From NCBI GenBank assembly GCA_964016885.1, contig OZ024748.1, positions 2,728,001 to 2,792,000 on the forward strand: a stretch of 64,000 nucleotides of DNA, written 5' to 3'. Under the pieces are notes generated by a model, which saw only the letters and a list, made by a program, of their open reading frames with translations, was not told the origin of the DNA and ran no database searches. This document shows positions 58,457 through 64,000 of the stretch, in pieces. Each line of letters starts with the position of its first letter. Within the stretch, counting starts at the first letter, position 1. This DNA is from Eledone cirrhosa. Lineage: Eukaryota. A program made the position numbers and the translations under genes.

Positions 58457-58819
58457 GGGTGTGCTGGGGTGGGGTAGGGGTGCAGCTAAACATTCTTCGC
58501 TATTGTTATCATTTAAGAAGTCTTTTACAAATCTACCGACTATGATAGGTTTAGAAGACACCTCATGTAAGGAATTAGAAGTGCTGTTACGGAAACACAT
58601 CAAATCAGGTGTGTATATATACACACACACACACATTAGTATATATATATATACTAGTGTGTGTGTATATATATATATATACTAGTGTATATATGAGTGC
58701 GTATGTACAGTGAGGCGTATCCTAAATACTTTTCAAAGACTTTGTCGGCACAACTGTTAAAAGATAACTGATTCAGACCTGTGGGAGTGTGGGATTGAAG
58801 CTATTAATATACGTATACA

Positions 58820-58874
<55 letters not shown>

Positions 58875-58935
58875 TATATATATACATACACACACATATA
58901 TATATGCATCGCCATACATATCTATATATGTATCT

Positions 58936-59038
<103 letters not shown>

Positions 59039-59055
59039 CATACATACATATCCAT

Positions 59056-59092
<37 letters not shown>

Positions 59093-59168
59093 TATATACA
59101 CTCACACACATTATATATATATAAATATATGTATGTGTGTGGATTTATACATATATAGATAGGTATGT

Positions 59169-59242
<74 letters not shown>

Positions 59243-59869
59243 ATAGGCGTGTGTATATGTATATACATATATATGTGTATGTATGTATGTAGGTATGTGT
59301 GTATATATATATACATACGTATGAGTATATATAAATATATATTCTCAGGTGTAATTTTACACAATACCATCAAACATCTTTAATTTACATTATTCCTTCT
59401 AATGTGAAGGAAATTAAATGAAAGAAAGGAAGAAAGAGAAACAAATGAATGGAAGGTAGAGTTAGAAAAAAACAATACCGTAGTTTTCTCCGCGTATAAG
59501 ACGCTCATTTTCCCTAAAGAGTTTGAACTCAAAATCAGCCAACGTCTTATGAATGGATGTATATAATAATAACAATAATACCAATAAAAATAATTAGAAA
59601 ATAATTATTGATTTAATCGACCCCCCCCCCCCCCCTCTCCTTTCAAATTCCTGGCCTTGTGCGTAATGTAGAAACCATTATTATTATTATTATCCCGCCG
59701 AGGTTAACTTTGCCTTTCAACCTTATGGGGTTGATAAAATAAAGTACCAGTAATACACTGGGTAATTGCTGGCCTTGTGCCAAAACTAGAAACAATTATT
59801 ACTTACTGTTTTGGCTGAATGTATTTGGGGGGGAAAACAATACGGTGACGATTAAAATATATAGAATAT

Positions 59870-60740
59870 GTATATGTGTGTATGTATGTATGTATGTGTG
59901 TATGTGTGTATGTATGTGTGTATGTATGTGTGTATGTATGTGTGTATGTATGTATGTATGTATGTGTGTATGTGTGTATGTATGTATGTGTGTATGTATG
60001 TATGTGTGTATGTATGTATGTATGTATGTATGTATGTATGTATGTATGTGTGTATGTATGTATGTGTGTATGTATGTATGTATGTATGTGTGTATGTATG
60101 TGTGTATGTATGTGTGTATGTGTGTGTGTATGTGTGTATGTATGTATGTATGTGTGTATGTGTGTATGTATGTATGTATGTGTGTATGTGTGTATGTATG
60201 TGTGTATGTATGTATGTGTGTATGTGTGTATGTGTGTATGTATGTGTGTATGTATGTATGTATGTATGTATGTGTGTATGTGTGAATGTATGTATGTATG
60301 TATGTATTTACGTATGTATGTATGTATGTGTGTATGTATGTATGTATGTATGTATGTATGTATGTATGTATGTGTGTATGTATGTATGTGTGTATGTATG
60401 TATGTATGTATGTGTGTATGTATGTGTGTATGTATGTGTGTATGTGTGTGTGTATGTGTGTATGTATGTATGTATGTGTGTATGTGTGTATGTGTGTATG
60501 TATGTATGTATGTATGTGTGTATGTGTGTATGTATGTATGTGTGTATGTGTGTATGTGTGTATGTATGTGTGTATGTATGTATGTATGTATGTATGTATG
60601 TGTGTATGTGTGAATGTATGTATGTATGTATGTATTTACGTATGTATGTATGTATGTGTGTATGTATGTATGTATGTATGTATGTATGTGTGTATGTGTG
60701 AATGTATGTATGTATGTATGTATTTACGTATGTATGTATA
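59870..60740. repeat. (TATG)/(TG) array with internal higher-order duplication
   Basis: The marker gtgaatgtatg...tatttacgtatg occurs three times (about 60282, 60610, 60698). Confidence 0.95.
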
Positions 60741-61044
60741 AAATAATTGTTTCTACTTTAGGCACAAGGCCAGCAATTACCCAGTGCATTACTATTGTGT
60801 ATTCTGCTCAGGTGTACAACTCATCAAAGGTACATGTATCTATCTAAGTATCTACGAACATATGTATGTATGTATCTATGTATATATGTATGTATCTATG
60901 TATATATGTATGTATCTATGTATATATATGTATCTATGAACATATGTATGTATGTATACTATTCATTAGCCATGAATATATATACCCGTATATTTAAATA
61001 TACATGTAGAATTTAGTTTAGTATACTTTAATACTAAATAAATA

Positions 61045-61112
<68 letters not shown>

Positions 61113-61289
61113 TGCATGTATGTATGTATAGTATATTTGGCAATATATTTGGTTTTGCTGAAAATAAGTCACTACTTTAAAACTCATAGCGAATGGTCTT
61201 ATAAATGTTTTTTTTAATTAAACATACAGTATATTGCCAAATATACTGTACATACATTCATGTATAATCGCTATTTCAGAGCACCAATA

Positions 61290-61340
<51 letters not shown>

Positions 61341-61996
61341 ATAATAATAAATGTGAAGACTAAAATATATATATAAAGTGAAAAAGTTTTTCTTCAAAAT
61401 AAAACCTCGTCTTATAAGCAGAAAAATTCCAGTTTCAAAAAAATACCCGAAAATTGATGGGCATTTCTTCCGTATTGATAGAGAATTCCAGAAGTTTAGG
61501 GCTTGAAATAGGATATTTTTGCTATTCATTACCAGGTCTTCTATTACAGTTTTATGAGGTGTATAAAATTATCTTATGATACGAGGAAGGAATTGCTTAG
61601 GATTAAACCAGGGTCTCAGGGTGTTAAATTTAATCCTACTATACAGTACTAGACATGGCCAAAGTGAGGTCTTTGATTTCTGTTTACGATTCTGTGTAGT
61701 GTATGGTAATGTGAAAATATTACATAGAAATATACACACGTGTATATACGCATGTTTATATATATATATATATGCGTGTGTGAATATTTATAAATATGTA
61801 TTTATATATATATATATTTATATGTATATGTATGTGTGTGTATATATATATAAAATGAATAACGGTATATTACTGCTACATGCAATAATATATATTCATA
61901 CATAGATCAATATATGTGTGTGTGTATGAGTTTGTGTTAATTAAATTTGTCTTAAATTAAGTATCGACATGTATATATTATATATCTATACGTATT

Positions 61997-62028
<32 letters not shown>

Positions 62029-62280
62029 CAAAAAGAGAGGGAAAGTGAGTTCGAAGCGCTATCATAACAAAACAAAATACTATGTGACATCTAAGATGTA
62101 TGTCTTAGATGTATGTCTTCAATATTCATCTATTGTTTAAAACATCATAATACATGGACAACATGTTAATATGTTAATCAGTATAATGTATATTTATATA
62201 AACACTGTCGCTGTTTAAATAAACATTGATGTTGATACACGTATCTTTTAATACAAACTAGGTTGCTTACACAAAATCTG

Positions 62281-62316
<36 letters not shown>

Positions 62317-62342
62317 AACCTACAGTAACTGCACATTACATT

Positions 62343-62427
<85 letters not shown>

Positions 62428-62602
62428 GGGTGTCCAAAAAATGTATATACAAAGGCTGTGTATTCTAATGAATATTGCCTGTACAGGTAATCAAAGTGTG
62501 TATATATTTTTCTGGGAAAAGTGTATATACAAAGGCTGTGCATTTATAATAAATATGCCTGCACAGGAAATCAAAGTGTGTATACATCTTTTGGGACTCT
62601 CA

Positions 62603-62646
<44 letters not shown>

Positions 62647-62760
62647 ACACCGTATCATAAGTGTTCGTATTCGTTCATACTTTTGACAGTATATTATCTA
62701 TTTAAACGTTATTTCTTGTCATATATATATATATATATTAGCTATATATATATATATTAG

Positions 62761-62906
<146 letters not shown>

Positions 62907-63430
62907 GTGGGTAGGTATTCCTCACAATATAATGTTTTGAGAAAAGGTTTTAAAGTCAAATTGAAATCTAATGTATGTATAAAGTGTATAATATCTACAT
63001 TTATAAGATTATATGTGTGTTTAATAGAGTATATAACTATCTATCTGTAGATCTGTCTCGGCATGTATGTTTGTTTGCTGCAGATTTGTAATATATACAC
63101 CACTTACATACAAACATAACACATACAGAATGTCCCGAAAAATATATATACGTATTTATTAGAATGCTGTTGAAGTGTGTATACATTTTTGGGGACACCC
63201 TGTATATATGCATAGTATAGGTGATTCACTAAATTACTGGAGGTGGTACCAATATGAGCACTCAATACATCAAAAAAATGTTTCGTTTCCGTTTTTATTG
63301 TAAACGAAACTTTATTGTTCTTCCTATATATATAGGGTGTCCGCCAAAAATGTATACATACTTTGGTTGCCTGTACAGACAATATTTATTAGAATGCAGC
63401 TGGAGTGTATACACATTTTTTGAGACATCC

Positions 63431-63726
<296 letters not shown>

Positions 63727-63803
63727 GTACAATTGACTCCTACGTTTGTTTGTTCTTTGCAACTATATATATATAATATATTATATTATATATACATATA
63801 TAT

Positions 63804-63873
<70 letters not shown>

Positions 63874-64000
63874 TATATAGATATATATATACACCTTGTG
63901 TTTCATCGGATTAAATATATAAGGTATTGTTTCATACGTAATATATATTATTTCAGTATTATAAATTTTTCTATATAATAAAATATTTTATGTATGTTTT

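Noticed and set aside
59476-59560. pogo/Tigger-like TIR (taccgta.ttttc...gtataagacgc)
   Set aside because: Only one degenerate end is evident. The candidate partner ends near 59840 and 61410 are too weak to delimit an element.

Overview
AT-rich eukaryotic non-coding DNA, either a large intron or a gene desert, with no intact protein-coding gene that I can support. The SINE types and the extreme (TA)n/(CA)n/(GA)n density suggest a coleoid cephalopod such as Octopus (inference from recalled repeat motifs, no search run). Nearly all ORFs in the track are translations of microsatellites. Real coding remnants are all retroelement debris: an R4/Dong-clade RT fragment (FVDDLKLY) and a restriction-like endonuclease C-terminus, three Rex3/Expander-like RTE 3' ends, a second RTE-type 3' end with a twin-priming-style 5' inversion, and a CR1/L2-like 3' end. 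There are about 20 tRNA-derived SINE pieces, seven ~65-175 bp TA-flanked MITEs and several large minisatellites. The most interesting signal is a set of unrelated short elements sitting in (TA)n tracts. They share one architecture: a fold-back palindrome, usually centred just upstream of a GAAA(C) box, followed by a unique tail ending at (TA)n. Alongside them are one complete minimal type I hammerhead ribozyme (16167-16205), several degenerate ones, and a perfect 175-bp-arm palindrome carrying a hammerhead-like core in each arm. My working model (inference) is a non-autonomous Penelope-like or retrozyme-like system that targets microsatellites and regenerates its hairpin by fold-back copying.
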